Part shown: positions 63,174 to 64,000 of the stretch, piece by piece
How the letters are laid out: each line of letters opens with the position of its first letter
Numbering within the stretch: the first letter of the stretch is position 1
Origin: Octopus vulgaris
Lineage: Eukaryota
Assembly: GCA_951406725.2 (NCBI GenBank)
Contig: OX597842.1
Coordinates: 9,610,001-9,674,000 of the forward strand
Reading direction: 5' to 3'
Length of the DNA stretch: 64,000 nt
The notes under the pieces: generated by a model
What the model saw: only the letters and a program-made list of their open reading frames with translations
Database searches by the model: none
What the model was told of the DNA's origin: nothing
Program-made: the position numbers and the translations under genes

Positions 63174-63613
63174 AGAAGAATTAAATCAGAGTGGAATAAT
63201 TAAAAAATAAAATGGAACTCCATCAGTTATGATGACAAGGGTTCCAGCTGATCCGGTCAAAAGAACCGGCTCGAGAAACTAATGTGCAAGTGGCTGAGTA
63301 CTCCACAGACATGTGTACCCTTAATGTAGTTCTCAGGGAGATTCAGCATGACATAGAGTGTAACAAGGCTGGCCCTTTGAAATACAGGTACAACTCATGT
63401 TTGCCAGCCAAGTGGACTGGAGCAACATGAAATGAAGAGCCTTGCTGAAGGACACAACACATTGCCAGGAACTGAACTCCTGATCTTACGATCGTAAGCC
63501 AAATGCCCTAACCACTAAGCCATGGGGAAACAACCTTAGTAAATAACTGTAGATGTTACCTTTTTATATGTAACAGCTCAAAGGCTGAGGCCATACTGGG
63601 GCAATGCAATAAT

Positions 63614-64000
63614 TACCGTAAATCCTCGAGTATAATCCGCATTTTCCCCCCAAAATTTAAAGGTCAAAATCCCTAGTGCATACTATATACGAAGTTAAAA
63701 ATGAAAATTATTTTCTAAGAAATGTCCGAGTCTCTATTTGCTGTCCGGCAATGTTTATTCAGACGCATTTTGGGATGTGGGGCACGAAAATCCCTTAAGC
63801 TAAGCCTGAAAGCAATGAAGTCATAAAAGAATCATCCATAACTTGCAGTAAGCAACATTTATTAAACGTTATTACTGTTATTTCTTTATTTTCTGCAAAC
63901 AAAATGCACAAAAAAGCTACACGCTTGCATTATGTTATATACACAATAATAATAAAGGACGTTATGGTATACAGTTTTACAAACCAAGGACATTATATAG
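63614..64000 (+). mobile_element. Left end of a pogo/Tc1-type DNA transposon, probably non-autonomous
   Basis: TA+CCGTAAATCCTCGAGTATAATCCGCA resembles TA-flanked CCGTA...GTATAA termini; the other end is not in the window. Confidence 0.45.

Overview
Eukaryotic, AT-rich window dominated by repeats. The SINE families and microsatellite style suggest an octopus (coleoid cephalopod) genome; this is inference. The first ~45 kb is almost entirely microsatellites, tRNA-derived SINEs, Penelope-type fold-backs and small unique islands, with no supportable protein gene. The one real gene is on the + strand, with five coding exons (47473-47550, 49878-49952, 50637-50771, 53470-53605, 56603-58578) that splice into a 799-aa protein. 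Its N-terminal ~180 aa is a PRXL2A/FAM213A (selenoprotein U family) thioredoxin-like domain with an in-frame TGA at the first active-site Cys (RRPG-U-SMC, UxxC). A type II SECIS lies at ~60453-60546, and a stem-loop 8 nt after the UGA forms only after splicing. The domain lacks the N-terminal hydrophobic segment of vertebrate PRXL2A. It runs in frame into ~600 aa of 11-mer/33-mer amphipathic-helix repeats (perilipin-4/LEA-like), suggesting a selenium-dependent redox enzyme with a lipid-surface-binding tail. The introns hold an RPL13 processed pseudogene split by a SINE, a 27-bp minisatellite, mariner debris and hammerhead-like Penelope ends. A fold-back MITE, an RTE/BovB-like LINE 3' end and a pogo-like end follow the gene. 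Most ORF-track entries are microsatellite artefacts. All family assignments come from manual reading and recall, not database searches.
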